A stretch of 64,000 bases of DNA from Candidatus Calditenuis fumarioli (lineage in GTDB: Archaea > Thermoproteota > Nitrososphaeria_A > Caldarchaeales > Calditenuaceae): the NCBI GenBank assembly GCA_030059665.1, contig JANVYR010000002.1, forward strand, positions 1-64,000, read 5' to 3'. Each line of letters begins with the position of its first letter. The first letter of the stretch is position 1. Below the pieces are notes generated by a model, which worked only from the letters and a program-made list of their open reading frames with translations, did not search any database and had not been told where the DNA came from. Both the position numbers and the translations under genes were made by a program. Below, in pieces: positions 29,413-38,877 of this stretch.

Positions 29413-30579
29413 TTATGTTGATGTTTTCTGCAAAGTTAGAATCTCCTTCATAAGGGGTGTAGTGTCCTTCTGAGCCCATGCATTGCCCTCGAACAGTTCG
29501 GTGGTGATCAAATAGTAACTTGCTTCGCTCAACACCAAAAGCTGCCCCTCCAAATCTCCGACGTTTCCGAGTTTCTGGGCGATTGCCGACGTGTCGGACG
29601 TGGGCGTGAAGTGCATCGCCACGGAGCCGTCATCAAGCACGTTGTACGACTGGCATGAGGCCGGCGGCTTCGCGAGTTCCCTGACCAGCGCGCGGAGTTC
29701 GTACTGATTCTTGATGGGCTCCAGCAGCATCCAGAACCTTCCCGCACCTCTCTCGATCGTCTGCGTTGGCACGTAGCTCACCATCCACCCTGCCACGAGC
29801 CCCTTCCGGACCACGTGCTCGTTGAAGTGGTACGACAGGACGCGGGGGTGCGCGCCCAGCTCGCTGGCCATCTCGGTGAAGTCCTTTAGCGCGTCGAACT
29901 GGAGCTGCTGCAGTATCTTCAGGTCGAGCGAGTCGACGATGTACTGCGCCCTCTCCGCCTCGTCTATCTCGTTGACCATCACTTGATCGAACTCGTCCTC
30001 GCCGTCGATTAGCTGTCGATCAGACCACTTGCCGTTCTCGAAGTCGAAGTACCTGTAGGAGGCATTCGGATGTCCGTAGGCCTTGACCTTCCTGAACCAG
30101 TAGTCCTCCAGGACTCCGATGTCGGTGAGCTCCTCGAAAATTCTAAGGTAATCCCTCTCAAACCTGTACGGAGGGGTCACGATCACGACGTAGTCGTTCC
30201 TCATCAGGACCTTCCCCCAGTACATCAGGTACGTGTTCTCGCCGAGCCAGCCCAGAACCTCCTTCGCCCTGTCGGCGAATCGCTTCGTGAAGCGCAGGTA
30301 CCCGAAGTAACGCGTGAGGCCGAGCTTGTAGTAGTTCGGGAGCATCCTGATCACGAATCCGTACCTCGGAAGGATCTTCAGCAGCCTGACGCGTACCGTC
30401 TCACGAGGGACGCCTGTCTGCCGCGCGATCAGCGAGATGTTCCTAGGTCCGAACTTCTTGACGGCGTCCAAAATGTGGGAGATCTCCTCTTGCAGGTTAA
30501 CGTTCCTCCTCGTCCTTCCCATCTGATCAATCAGTTTGGTCACCTGATCAATCGTCATTTCTCGTGGAGAACAAATCAT
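29413..30579 (-). CDS. Tandem Lrp/AsnC-like winged-HTH transcriptional regulator
   Basis: HTH1 NISLIARQTGVPRETVRVRL; HTH2 VDSLDLKILQQLQFDALKDFTEMASELG. Confidence 0.75.
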   Translation of the reverse strand: MICSPREMTIDQVTKLIDQMGRTRRNVNLQEEISHILDAVKKFGPRNISLIARQTGVPRETVRVRLLKILPRYGFVIRMLPNYYKLGLTRYFGYLRFTKRFADRAKEVLGWLGENTYLMYWGKVLMRNDYVVIVTPPYRFERDYLRIFEELTDIGVLEDYWFRKVKAYGHPNASYRYFDFENGKWSDRQLIDGEDEFDQVMVNEIDEAERAQYIVDSLDLKILQQLQFDALKDFTEMASELGAHPRVLSYHFNEHVVRKGLVAGWMVSYVPTQTIERGAGRFWMLLEPIKNQYELRALVRELAKPPASCQSYNVLDDGSVAMHFTPTSDTSAIAQKLGNVGDLEGQLLVLSEASYYLITTELFEGNAWAQKDTTPLMKEILTLQKTST

Positions 30580-30663
30580 GAAGCCTCTATTTATATTTAT
30601 TTTGATCTGTCAATCGCTGTTAACGATAGGTATAAATTTAGATTCTATTTTGTCAATCACGAG

Positions 30664-31533
30664 TTGGGATCGGTTACCGATTCGGAAAAGTCGGTCGCTC
30701 TCCCTTCAGATGGAGAGCAGGACCGAGGATGGACCTTCTCTCCTTTGGTCTTCGTCAGTCCTCACCGGACTTTGATGGAGCTCTCGCTCTTCGCGGCCGG
30801 GCTCGGGGTGTGTCACGTTCCTGTCATCGATGAGAGGTCTCACGTGATGGGGGTCGTCACACCGTATGAACTGCTGAACGTGATCGAGCGAAACCAGTCC
30901 GACTTCATCCGATCGTTGATGTCAATGAGGGTCAGCGACGTTGTTCACCCAGTACCATTGATGAGCGTGGAGGACGAGATCGACGAGGTGGTACGGGCCG
31001 TGCTGGACGACCAGTGCAGGTGTGCCATCCTGATCGACTCCGCAGGTCAGCCGGTGGCCGTCGTATCCGGCTATGACGCTCTGAGGTTAACTCTCAGCAT
31101 AGATGAGCTGTCCCGGATCATGGCGGACACACCGATCAGCGCCCTCTCGGGTAAGGTGAAGGTCTTACCGTTCGAGACCACCGTCAGGCAAGCTGTGACC
31201 GCGCTCGTGGCGAACAAAGGCGAGGCCATGGTCATCGAGCAGACCGACTTCGCGGTCACCTCAAGTTCCCTCGTCGCCGCGCTCCTGTCGCCTAAAGACC
31301 TGTTGAGGTCCGTCAGGAGGTCGGATGAGGTCCTGGACAGCTACCTCGTCTACGAGAACGAGGCGTTGGTGAAGATGCCCGTTATGGGCGGTGACAAATC
31401 GCTGAAGGAAGCGATCAGGTTCGTCTCGGATGCGAAGGTCGAGGTCCTCCGCCTCGACAACGGCGGCTTCGTCACCCTCGGTTCCGTTATCAGGTTCGTC
31501 CAGGACCGGTTGAGGGGCCTCAGGAGCGCATAG
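30664..31533 (+). CDS. CBS-domain protein (four degenerate CBS repeats)
   Basis: HVPVIDERSHVMGVVT, AILIDSAGQPVAVVSGYD. Start inferred at TTG 30664, ~30 nt below TATAAATT; ORF 30070 overextends upstream. Confidence 0.75.
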   Translation: MGSVTDSEKSVALPSDGEQDRGWTFSPLVFVSPHRTLMELSLFAAGLGVCHVPVIDERSHVMGVVTPYELLNVIERNQSDFIRSLMSMRVSDVVHPVPLMSVEDEIDEVVRAVLDDQCRCAILIDSAGQPVAVVSGYDALRLTLSIDELSRIMADTPISALSGKVKVLPFETTVRQAVTALVANKGEAMVIEQTDFAVTSSSLVAALLSPKDLLRSVRRSDEVLDSYLVYENEALVKMPVMGGDKSLKEAIRFVSDAKVEVLRLDNGGFVTLGSVIRFVQDRLRGLRSA

Positions 31534-31555
31534 AAGCTTCACGGGGGGTGGAGGG

Positions 31556-32059
31556 GTGGGAGCTCGGGCGCCTAAGACCAGAACTGGTGTGAGCCCCGTC
31601 GTAGCCGAGGGGCTGTTGACCTCTGTGGCAGTGGCGATCGGAATTGTCCTCATGCTCGTCAGCCACGCATGGACGGTCTCATCCAGTGTGAGATCGCTCG
31701 ACCAGACCAACAAGGAGATCGCCCAGCAATGGAGCATGCTTGTTGTGGAGCATGCGGTCCTCACGGACGATGGGACCAGGGCGCTCGTCTGGATCTCAAA
31801 CCCCGGGAGATACGAGCTTGTGTTGCTTCGCTGCGTCGTTTACCCGAAGGGGTCTCCTCCCCCCGCCGGTGGCTTCAGGGAGGTGGGCCGCGTTCCCCCT
31901 GCTATGGTGCAGGTGAGGTTGCTCACGTGTCCCGTTCACGGTCGGGGGTCGTCCTACGTCGTAGAGGTCTTCGCCCTCCCCACCCACCTCTACATGCCGG
32001 ATAATCCGGTCGCGAACGCGCAGTACGGCGTCACGATTAGGTATGACCTCAAAGGTTGA
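31556..32059 (+). CDS. Type IV pilin-like protein (class III signal peptide)
   Basis: KTRTG|VSPVVAEGLLTSVAVAIGIVL; WISNPG in the globular part. Confidence 0.8.
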   Translation: MGARAPKTRTGVSPVVAEGLLTSVAVAIGIVLMLVSHAWTVSSSVRSLDQTNKEIAQQWSMLVVEHAVLTDDGTRALVWISNPGRYELVLLRCVVYPKGSPPPAGGFREVGRVPPAMVQVRLLTCPVHGRGSSYVVEVFALPTHLYMPDNPVANAQYGVTIRYDLKG

Positions 32060-33203
32060 TCGTGGGATCTCGTCGGCCGTCTCGGCCCTCTTCATGGTGG
32101 TTATCATATTCGCGGCATTCATTCCGGCGCTTCTGGTGACGCAGTCGCTTTACTCCCTCCTCTCCAATGAGGTGAACTCGAGGCGCTACTTCGAGACGGA
32201 CAGGTTCTCGGAGAGGCTGGAAGTGGTCGTTACACAGCTCGGAGATGAACCGCTTCTTAAGGTGGTGAACAAGGGACCGATCTCCGTTACGGTCGTGCGG
32301 GTGTGGGCGTATGACGTCAGAACGGGAGCCACCCTTCCGCCCGACGGCCCTTGCGTCGTAGTTCCCACTACGCTCAACCCGGGAGGCGAGACGCTGGTGA
32401 ATGTAGCTCCCTGCGTCCAGGGCTTCACGGGATACGTGATGTTCGAGGTCGTGACCGAGAGGGGCAGGGAGTTCGCTTCAGACATCGTCAGCCTGCGCCG
32501 AGGCAGGCTATCGTCATCGGCTTATCCGTACACCCTGACGGTGAGCATCATCGACATGCGAAGGGGACGTACGTACATGGTGGAGGTCGAGCCCCTGGAC
32601 TTCGGTGAGGTCTCCCCGAGGAGGTTCACCCATAAGGCCACGGCCTCCAACGAGAACGTCACCGTTGCCTTCGGTACGACTGCAGGCACCTTCAGGGTGA
32701 CGCTCTACGAGAACGGTCGTCCTGTAGACCTCGGCGACCTCAACCCGCAGAACGTCACGGTGCCCGATTACACCGCGGTGATCTTCGATCTCGGTCGTCA
32801 GACCTTCACGTCAGTCGAATTGGCGGTCATCATAATGGCGCCGCCGAGGGTTGTGGTGGGAGGCAACCCGAATAGGGAACCCGTCACTGTCATAGCGGAC
32901 GTCTACGTACGGCTTCCGGCCAACGCGCAGGAGCAGGTCGTGATAACCCGGGTGCCCGATGACCTGTTAAGGGTGACCGGGGGCGGTATCCTCGGAGGAT
33001 GCACCGTCCTCACCGGCATGACTCTCAACCCTGGTCAACCTTCCCAGATAGGTTCCTGCTCCGTGACCGTGGTCTCGGGCAACGACGTCACGCTTACGGT
33101 CCCCGCAGGGGTGATAATCGGTGAGGGGGAGAGCTCCGGTCTCCAGTACACCAACAGCGAGGCGACCTTCACCATCAGGGTATCGGGCCGTTCCGACAGG
33201 TGA
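32043..33203 (+). CDS. Large pilin-like protein (class III signal peptide, Ig-like beta domains)
   Basis: KVDRG|ISSAVSALFMVVIIFAAF; VVNKGPISVTVVRVW; EVVTERGREF. Confidence 0.75.
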   Translation: MTSKVDRGISSAVSALFMVVIIFAAFIPALLVTQSLYSLLSNEVNSRRYFETDRFSERLEVVVTQLGDEPLLKVVNKGPISVTVVRVWAYDVRTGATLPPDGPCVVVPTTLNPGGETLVNVAPCVQGFTGYVMFEVVTERGREFASDIVSLRRGRLSSSAYPYTLTVSIIDMRRGRTYMVEVEPLDFGEVSPRRFTHKATASNENVTVAFGTTAGTFRVTLYENGRPVDLGDLNPQNVTVPDYTAVIFDLGRQTFTSVELAVIIMAPPRVVVGGNPNREPVTVIADVYVRLPANAQEQVVITRVPDDLLRVTGGGILGGCTVLTGMTLNPGQPSQIGSCSVTVVSGNDVTLTVPAGVIIGEGESSGLQYTNSEATFTIRVSGRSDR

Positions 33204-33226
33204 CCGATGCCTCGCTTGCCCAGCCT

Positions 33227-35005
33227 TCAGGCAGCCCTCATCTTCAGCTTGATGATGCCGCCCTGCTGGAGCTCTATGTCCCCGCTCCTCAGCAGAGAGT
33301 TGATCGAGTCCCAGAAGGCCCTCTCGTCGAGCTGAGAGGTCTGCATCAGCGTCTTCAGGTCTGACTTCCCTCCGAGCCTCTGGAGCACCTCCACAAGCCT
33401 CTTGGGGCCCGTCAGCTCCCTCTCGACGCTGACCAGCGTCTCCAGCTCGGCCACCGCCTGCGCTAGAACCGTTTCGGGCTTCTCGTAGAACTGCAGCACG
33501 ATGCGGTTCACGTCCTCGGGCCTCGTTATCCCGCGTCTGACCATCCAGTCCAGAAGCATCCTCCTCTTCTCCAGCTCGGTAAGCAGCTCGTCCACCGTCT
33601 TCACGAGCCTCGCGCCCAGTCTCTTCAGCAGCGCGCTCTCCTTCAGGTAGCTCTTAAAACCGTCGGTTCTGGGGTCCCACTCGCCTACGAGCTGGTAGCT
33701 GTCGAAGTCCACGACCTCCCACATGAACCGCACCCTCCTAGCGGGAACGTTGAACTGCTCGAGGTACCTGACCATCACCCTCTCCACGTAGATGACGCAG
33801 TTCATCAGCGGTATGAAGGACGGTGCTATGTTCATCGGAGGCGAGGTCAGGCGCTTGATCGCGGTGTCGAGGCTCTCGGCGTGCATCGTCGATAAACCTC
33901 CGTGACCGGTCGCCATGGCCTGGAAGAGCACGTATGCCTCCTCACCCCTCACCTCTCCCACGATCAGGTAGTCGGGCCTGTACCTCAGGCTGGTCCTCAC
34001 CAGGTCGTACAGGGTTATCCTCCCCCTCTCGGACGACCCCAAGCCGTAGCTCTCCCTGGTGACGAACCTCACCCAGTTCTCCCTCGGGATGTTGATCTCC
34101 GGGGTCTCCTCGCAGGTGACGATCTTGTACAGGGGTTTGATGAACGTGGTCAGGGCGTTCAGGATCGTGGTCTTGCCGCTTCCCGTCGCACCCAGCACCA
34201 TTATGCTGGCCTTGTTCTCGATCAGCAACCACAGGTACGCGGCGAGCAGGCTGTTGATCACGTTGGCCTGTATCAGCTCGGTGATCGTGAAGGGCCTCTC
34301 CCTGAACTTCCTCACCGTGAAGGTGCTGCCCCTGGGTGAGACCTCCTCCCTGAAGGTCGCCGCGAGCCGGTGCTTCCCGTAGATCATGGCGTCGACGATC
34401 GGGAAAGCTGAGGAGATGTGCTTGTTCGCCTTGTGGACCAGGTGTATGATGTAGTCGTCGAGGGCCTTCCTTGTTGTGAAGACGATGTTGGTGGGTATGC
34501 TCTCGAAGTCCCTGTGGTAGACGTAGACCGGCACGTTGACCCCGTTGCAGGATATGTCCTCGATCCTGTGGTCCTCGAAGATGATGTTCAGAGGCCCGAA
34601 GCCCATCATGTCCCGCTCGATGTAGTACTGGAGCTTCGCCATCAGCTCGGGTCTGTTGACGTCGACTCCCAGGCCTTTCCCGTACTTCTTCAGGACCTTC
34701 GCGGCTCCCTGAAGTACCGCCTTCCTCACCTCCTCTAGGTCCTCGAACTTCGGGAAGTCCAGCTCCTTCGTCAGGATGTCCTTCACCTTCTCGACGATCT
34801 CCTTCTCCTTGCTGTTGAGCGGCACCTCGCTGCAGAAGTACGTGGGTTCTACGAACCTTCCCGGCGGCGACGCTATTATCACCTCCGCGAGGCCCTCCCT
34901 GATCTGATACCTGGAGAGTATGTCGTAGTCGTAGGGTACAGGTTTCACCTCGATGCCCTCCCAGGAATCAACGACCTTTTGGGCATCGGGCTTCTTCTCA
35001 CTCAT
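33227..35005 (-). CDS. Type IV pilus assembly ATPase (VirB11/TadA/FlaI-like) with C-terminal wHTH-like extension
   Basis: IEDISCNG, TFTVRKF, Walker A GATGSGKTT, LRYRPDYLIVGEVRG, MATGHGGLSTMHA. Start set at MSEKK (35005). Confidence 0.95.
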   Translation of the reverse strand: MSEKKPDAQKVVDSWEGIEVKPVPYDYDILSRYQIREGLAEVIIASPPGRFVEPTYFCSEVPLNSKEKEIVEKVKDILTKELDFPKFEDLEEVRKAVLQGAAKVLKKYGKGLGVDVNRPELMAKLQYYIERDMMGFGPLNIIFEDHRIEDISCNGVNVPVYVYHRDFESIPTNIVFTTRKALDDYIIHLVHKANKHISSAFPIVDAMIYGKHRLAATFREEVSPRGSTFTVRKFRERPFTITELIQANVINSLLAAYLWLLIENKASIMVLGATGSGKTTILNALTTFIKPLYKIVTCEETPEINIPRENWVRFVTRESYGLGSSERGRITLYDLVRTSLRYRPDYLIVGEVRGEEAYVLFQAMATGHGGLSTMHAESLDTAIKRLTSPPMNIAPSFIPLMNCVIYVERVMVRYLEQFNVPARRVRFMWEVVDFDSYQLVGEWDPRTDGFKSYLKESALLKRLGARLVKTVDELLTELEKRRMLLDWMVRRGITRPEDVNRIVLQFYEKPETVLAQAVAELETLVSVERELTGPKRLVEVLQRLGGKSDLKTLMQTSQLDERAFWDSINSLLRSGDIELQQGGIIKLKMRAA

Positions 35006-35083
35006 CCTGCTCCCACCTCCCACAATCCATTATAAATTTTTGCAAGCACGATGTTTCTTGAGCAACGAACGCGGACAAGGAGG

Positions 35084-36484
35084 TCACCCCGACGGACAGT
35101 TGACTGCCTGCATCACGGTGGTCTGAACCTCGATGGCGTTGATGTAGGTCAGAACATCGCGGCCTGGTGGACCCAGCGTGGTGGTTACCGTGGATGCGCT
35201 GATGCCGGTCACAACGGTTATCCGATTGACGCGGCAAAGCAGAACCGTCACCTTCTGGATCAGGACGCTATTTGAGCTGTCGAGCCTGAACTCCCCGGGT
35301 ATCTCAACAGCGCTCTCATCGATGGAGACCGTGATCACGTACTTCGTCGGCTCATTTTGAGGGAGTTCGCACTTGAACGTGACAGGCACCGTGTCACCTG
35401 GAATGAGCCTGTATATCCCGCCAGAACTGTCAGACCATTGGCATGTACCTGACGACGATTCTGATGATATCGTTAGTGTTATGCTCGTAACGTTGACCAT
35501 CGGACCCGGAAAGCGGGGGTCGTAGTGAACGAAAAACGTGAAGTTCACAAGCAGGGGTTGATCGGGATTAGACGAGTTGAGAAGCACGAGCCTGCTAACT
35601 GGGCTGCTGAGCCTCAGCACTATCCCCCAAGGCTCGTCAATGCGTGCGTTGACCCTTACGATCGTGTCGTCCAACACCGTTATAGGTGTGAGATCGCCGA
35701 GTGACAGCACTGGCACAAGCACACCCTGGTCGTTCACCATGTTCACCTTGACGGTGTAGTTGCCCGGTGCGACGTTGAAGTAGAAGACCTCCTCCCTGCC
35801 CACGTTCACGCCCTCAGAGCTAGACCTGACCTCGATGTAGCGTGCGACCTCAACCCTTCTGGTGCAGCCAGGTGCGATCTCACCCGAAGTGCTTGTGGGC
35901 CGCGAGATGCAGCCGAGGGAACCCTCCTTGACCTCTGCGGTGACGACGTATTCGGTCGACACGGTCAGATTGGCGAGGGAGAGGACGAGCACGTACGGCA
36001 ACCTCATAGGCCCGATGGCGTAGGCCGAGAGGAAGGAGTTGCCCCTTGCCGTTGAGGCTCTTACGTGCAACACCTCGCAGCTCTCTGGCGACGGACACTG
36101 CAACAAGTACTCCGTCCGGATGAGCCTCGACTCCGCAGGGGCCAAGATGATCGGGTTCTCGGAGAGCCTGACGATCCCGCTCGTGCTGCTCTCAGCGTAG
36201 AGCCCCGTCACGGTGGACTCAAGGGGGGACAGGTTCGTCAGCCGCACCAGCAACCTGTAGCTGCTTCCTTCCGGGTTGATGTAGGGTTCGACCTGGACGC
36301 GTTCTCGGAGCTTCTCGGCCTCGAATATCAGCCTCCTGTTGACCTCGTCCATGAAGATCGTCTGGAGCTGCTGCATGTAGAGCCAGGTCGGGATGATCAC
36401 GGCGAAGAAGATCAGGATGCCTATGGCCGTCGAGAGGACTCCGGTGATCGCTGCTTTCCGCCCGTTCCTGATCCTGCGCGTCAT
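35084..36484 (-). CDS. Large pilin-like protein (class III signal peptide)
   Basis: RNGRKAA|ITGVLSTAIGILIFFAVII; VRLTNLSP; STARGNSF. Confidence 0.75.
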   Translation of the reverse strand: MTRRIRNGRKAAITGVLSTAIGILIFFAVIIPTWLYMQQLQTIFMDEVNRRLIFEAEKLRERVQVEPYINPEGSSYRLLVRLTNLSPLESTVTGLYAESSTSGIVRLSENPIILAPAESRLIRTEYLLQCPSPESCEVLHVRASTARGNSFLSAYAIGPMRLPYVLVLSLANLTVSTEYVVTAEVKEGSLGCISRPTSTSGEIAPGCTRRVEVARYIEVRSSSEGVNVGREEVFYFNVAPGNYTVKVNMVNDQGVLVPVLSLGDLTPITVLDDTIVRVNARIDEPWGIVLRLSSPVSRLVLLNSSNPDQPLLVNFTFFVHYDPRFPGPMVNVTSITLTISSESSSGTCQWSDSSGGIYRLIPGDTVPVTFKCELPQNEPTKYVITVSIDESAVEIPGEFRLDSSNSVLIQKVTVLLCRVNRITVVTGISASTVTTTLGPPGRDVLTYINAIEVQTTVMQAVNCPSG

Positions 36485-37062
36485 CCCTCACCACCCCTCC
36501 GGGTAACTGTGGTCGTGACGGTGACCGTTATCGTTGTCGTCGACGTCGTGCTGGTGGTGGTCGTTGTGGTAGTTCTGCTCTCGGTGCTGACGGTGCTGGT
36601 GGTCGTGGTGGTGACGGTTGTGGGGGTCGTCAGCGTCGTCCACGTCGTGGTGGTGGTCCAGACGGTGGCCGTCGACCTGGTGTAGATGGTGCTGGTCACG
36701 GTGACCGTTACGGTCAGAATTTGGCTCCTAGTAATAGTCGCGGTCGTGGTCGTTCTAGCGACTGTAGTCCAGGTTGACGTGACTGTGGTTACGGTGGTTG
36801 TTGAAGTACGGGTACTAATCGCGTACGTCGGAACGGTGACGGTCGTCGTGGTCGTCAGTGTTTTCGTTTCAGTTACCTCACCCGATGTGACCGTCTCGGT
36901 TACCCATGTCGTCCGATAGATCGTGGTGGTCGTTGTGGTGGTTGTGGTCGTGGTAGAGGTTCTGGTGGCTCCCTGTGCGTAGACCTCCATAACGCCCCAA
37001 AGGACGCCCATCAGGACGAGCAGCGCGATGACAGCGGTGACGCCCTTACTTTCGAGCCTCAT
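36481..37062 (-). CDS. Pilin-like signal peptide followed by an almost pure Thr/Val/Ser mucin-like chain
   Basis: MRLESKG|VTAVIALLVLMGVLW, then ~160 aa dominated by Thr; ATGA-type overlaps with both neighbours. Confidence 0.7.
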   Translation of the reverse strand: MRLESKGVTAVIALLVLMGVLWGVMEVYAQGATRTSTTTTTTTTTTTIYRTTWVTETVTSGEVTETKTLTTTTTVTVPTYAISTRTSTTTVTTVTSTWTTVARTTTTATITRSQILTVTVTVTSTIYTRSTATVWTTTTTWTTLTTPTTVTTTTTSTVSTESRTTTTTTTSTTSTTTITVTVTTTVTRRGGEG

Positions 37063-38876
37063 CTCCTTACCACCCCCTCTCTCCTCAATGTTCTGTAAAT
37101 GAAGGGTGAGGACATGCCTGCCAGACCGAGGCCACCTGACACGAAAAGCAGCAGCGATGGGTCAAGCGGTGTTCTGAGCTCAGAGGTCGTTACTGGAGAG
37201 AGATAGCCGCCTCCTGGCGATACTGTTATCGTGACTGTGACTGTGGTGGTCCTTGTTATCGTCGTTCCGACCGTCGAGGTCTGGGTGAAGGTCCTGGTCG
37301 TGGTGTAAACCGTGCTGTAGCTCGTGAGGGTCTGGGTGGTTGTGGGCGAGTAGACGGTACTGGTGCTGCTGATGGTGGACGTTCTGCTGAGCGTCGTGGT
37401 GGAAGTGTAGACCGTTGTAATAACGGTTCTACTCAGTGACACGGTGGCGGTGTAAACTGTGGTGTAGGTATAGATGGTCCTGGTTGAAGTCGAAGTGGTT
37501 GTAGTCCATATTACACTAGTGGCGCTTCTGATCGTGGTGGTCGAAGAAGTTCCAGTGGTCCTATATACGGTAGCGGTAGTCGTGGACGTTTTCGTTGTGG
37601 TTACCGTGCTGGGTACTGTAGTAGTAGTAGTGGTGGAGGTTACGGTCGCGGTGGTGGTTTCGGTCACGGTCACCGTCATAGTGACTGTATGAATTGGCGT
37701 GACCTCGGTATAGTCGATCGTCACATCGTACAACCTCAAGAGCTGGGCTGGGGGCGATAAGTCAGCCGTCCCCTGGAGGTTGAGGTAGTCCGCACCTCCC
37801 GGTATTAGGGTTATCAGGGTGCCGGAGCTCCTTCCGGAGACGCCGCCGTTGCAGTCGATCACCTGGACCGAAACGCTCACGTCAGCGTTGTCTATAGCGT
37901 AGACGGAGACTAGCATCGAGGTCGTCAGCAGGTTGAGCCGGTCGACGTTCAGCTTGGCGAAGTCCGGGTAAACCACGTCGCTGTCGACGTTGAACCTCCA
38001 GACCCCCGGGAGGACGGTGTAGCGGTCGCTCGTGATGGTCACGGTCAGCGGGTACCGGAGCGGTGAGGGGGCCGTCAGCGGAACGGTCAGGTCTTTGGGC
38101 GTTGTTCCGGATACCGTGGCCGAGCCGATTGCGGTGTTGCCGTATTTGTCCTGGAGCGTCACCCTAATCTCGGTCGGTTCCAGCTCCTGATCGCTCGCCA
38201 TACCGATCCTGAGCTTGACGCCTCCCTCGACCTGGAACCTGGTCAGCGTCCGGCCCACGTAGATCGGTACTTCAACGGGATCGACGTAGTCCACCAGCAG
38301 CCATCCTCCCACAGGGGATGGACAGAGCTTGCCGATGTCGGCGTTCGGAACCTCAGCCTTGAACGAGGCCACCCTGAAGAGCATGGTTCTGATGAGCGGC
38401 TCAACCCTGCTGGGGTCTCTGGGATCTATCAGCGCGGTCGGGACGTAGTGAACCGTGACCAGCACCGGGTCGCCGGGGTTGCAGCCCGGACACATGAAGT
38501 AGACTTCACTCGCCTCCATCCTCCCCAGCGTGACGTACCTGGCGGGATCGTAGCTCGGATTGGTGTCGTGCACCGGTGTTCCGTTGCGGTAAACGATCAG
38601 CTTGAGCACGGTCACCGTCACGTCGCCCGTGTTCCTGAGCTTCGCCACGCCCTGGCCAGAAACCCCCCTCAGGCTGGGGAAGTAGACGTAATCTGCACCC
38701 AGCATGGACCTCAGCACCAGCTCGTCCTTGTTCAGCTTCTCGGCTTCCTGCTGTCTCGTGATGTTGGAGGTCGAGGTGACGTAGGTGAGGACCGCGATGC
38801 TGATCGCGACCACGAAGGCCGCAGCTATTGCTATGGAGACCGTTTCGGATAGTCCCTCGGACCTCGGGGGCTTCAC
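37059..38876 (-). CDS. Pilin-like protein with Thr-rich stalk and C-terminal TM anchor
   Basis: RSEG|LSETVSIAIAAAFVVAI; LRNTGDV; ~150-aa Thr-rich segment; LLLFVSGGLGLAGM plus a basic tail. Confidence 0.78.
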   Translation of the reverse strand: MKPPRSEGLSETVSIAIAAAFVVAISIAVLTYVTSTSNITRQQEAEKLNKDELVLRSMLGADYVYFPSLRGVSGQGVAKLRNTGDVTVTVLKLIVYRNGTPVHDTNPSYDPARYVTLGRMEASEVYFMCPGCNPGDPVLVTVHYVPTALIDPRDPSRVEPLIRTMLFRVASFKAEVPNADIGKLCPSPVGGWLLVDYVDPVEVPIYVGRTLTRFQVEGGVKLRIGMASDQELEPTEIRVTLQDKYGNTAIGSATVSGTTPKDLTVPLTAPSPLRYPLTVTITSDRYTVLPGVWRFNVDSDVVYPDFAKLNVDRLNLLTTSMLVSVYAIDNADVSVSVQVIDCNGGVSGRSSGTLITLIPGGADYLNLQGTADLSPPAQLLRLYDVTIDYTEVTPIHTVTMTVTVTETTTATVTSTTTTTTVPSTVTTTKTSTTTATVYRTTGTSSTTTIRSATSVIWTTTTSTSTRTIYTYTTVYTATVSLSRTVITTVYTSTTTLSRTSTISSTSTVYSPTTTQTLTSYSTVYTTTRTFTQTSTVGTTITRTTTVTVTITVSPGGGYLSPVTTSELRTPLDPSLLLFVSGGLGLAGMSSPFIYRTLRREGVVRR

Positions 38877-38877
38877 C

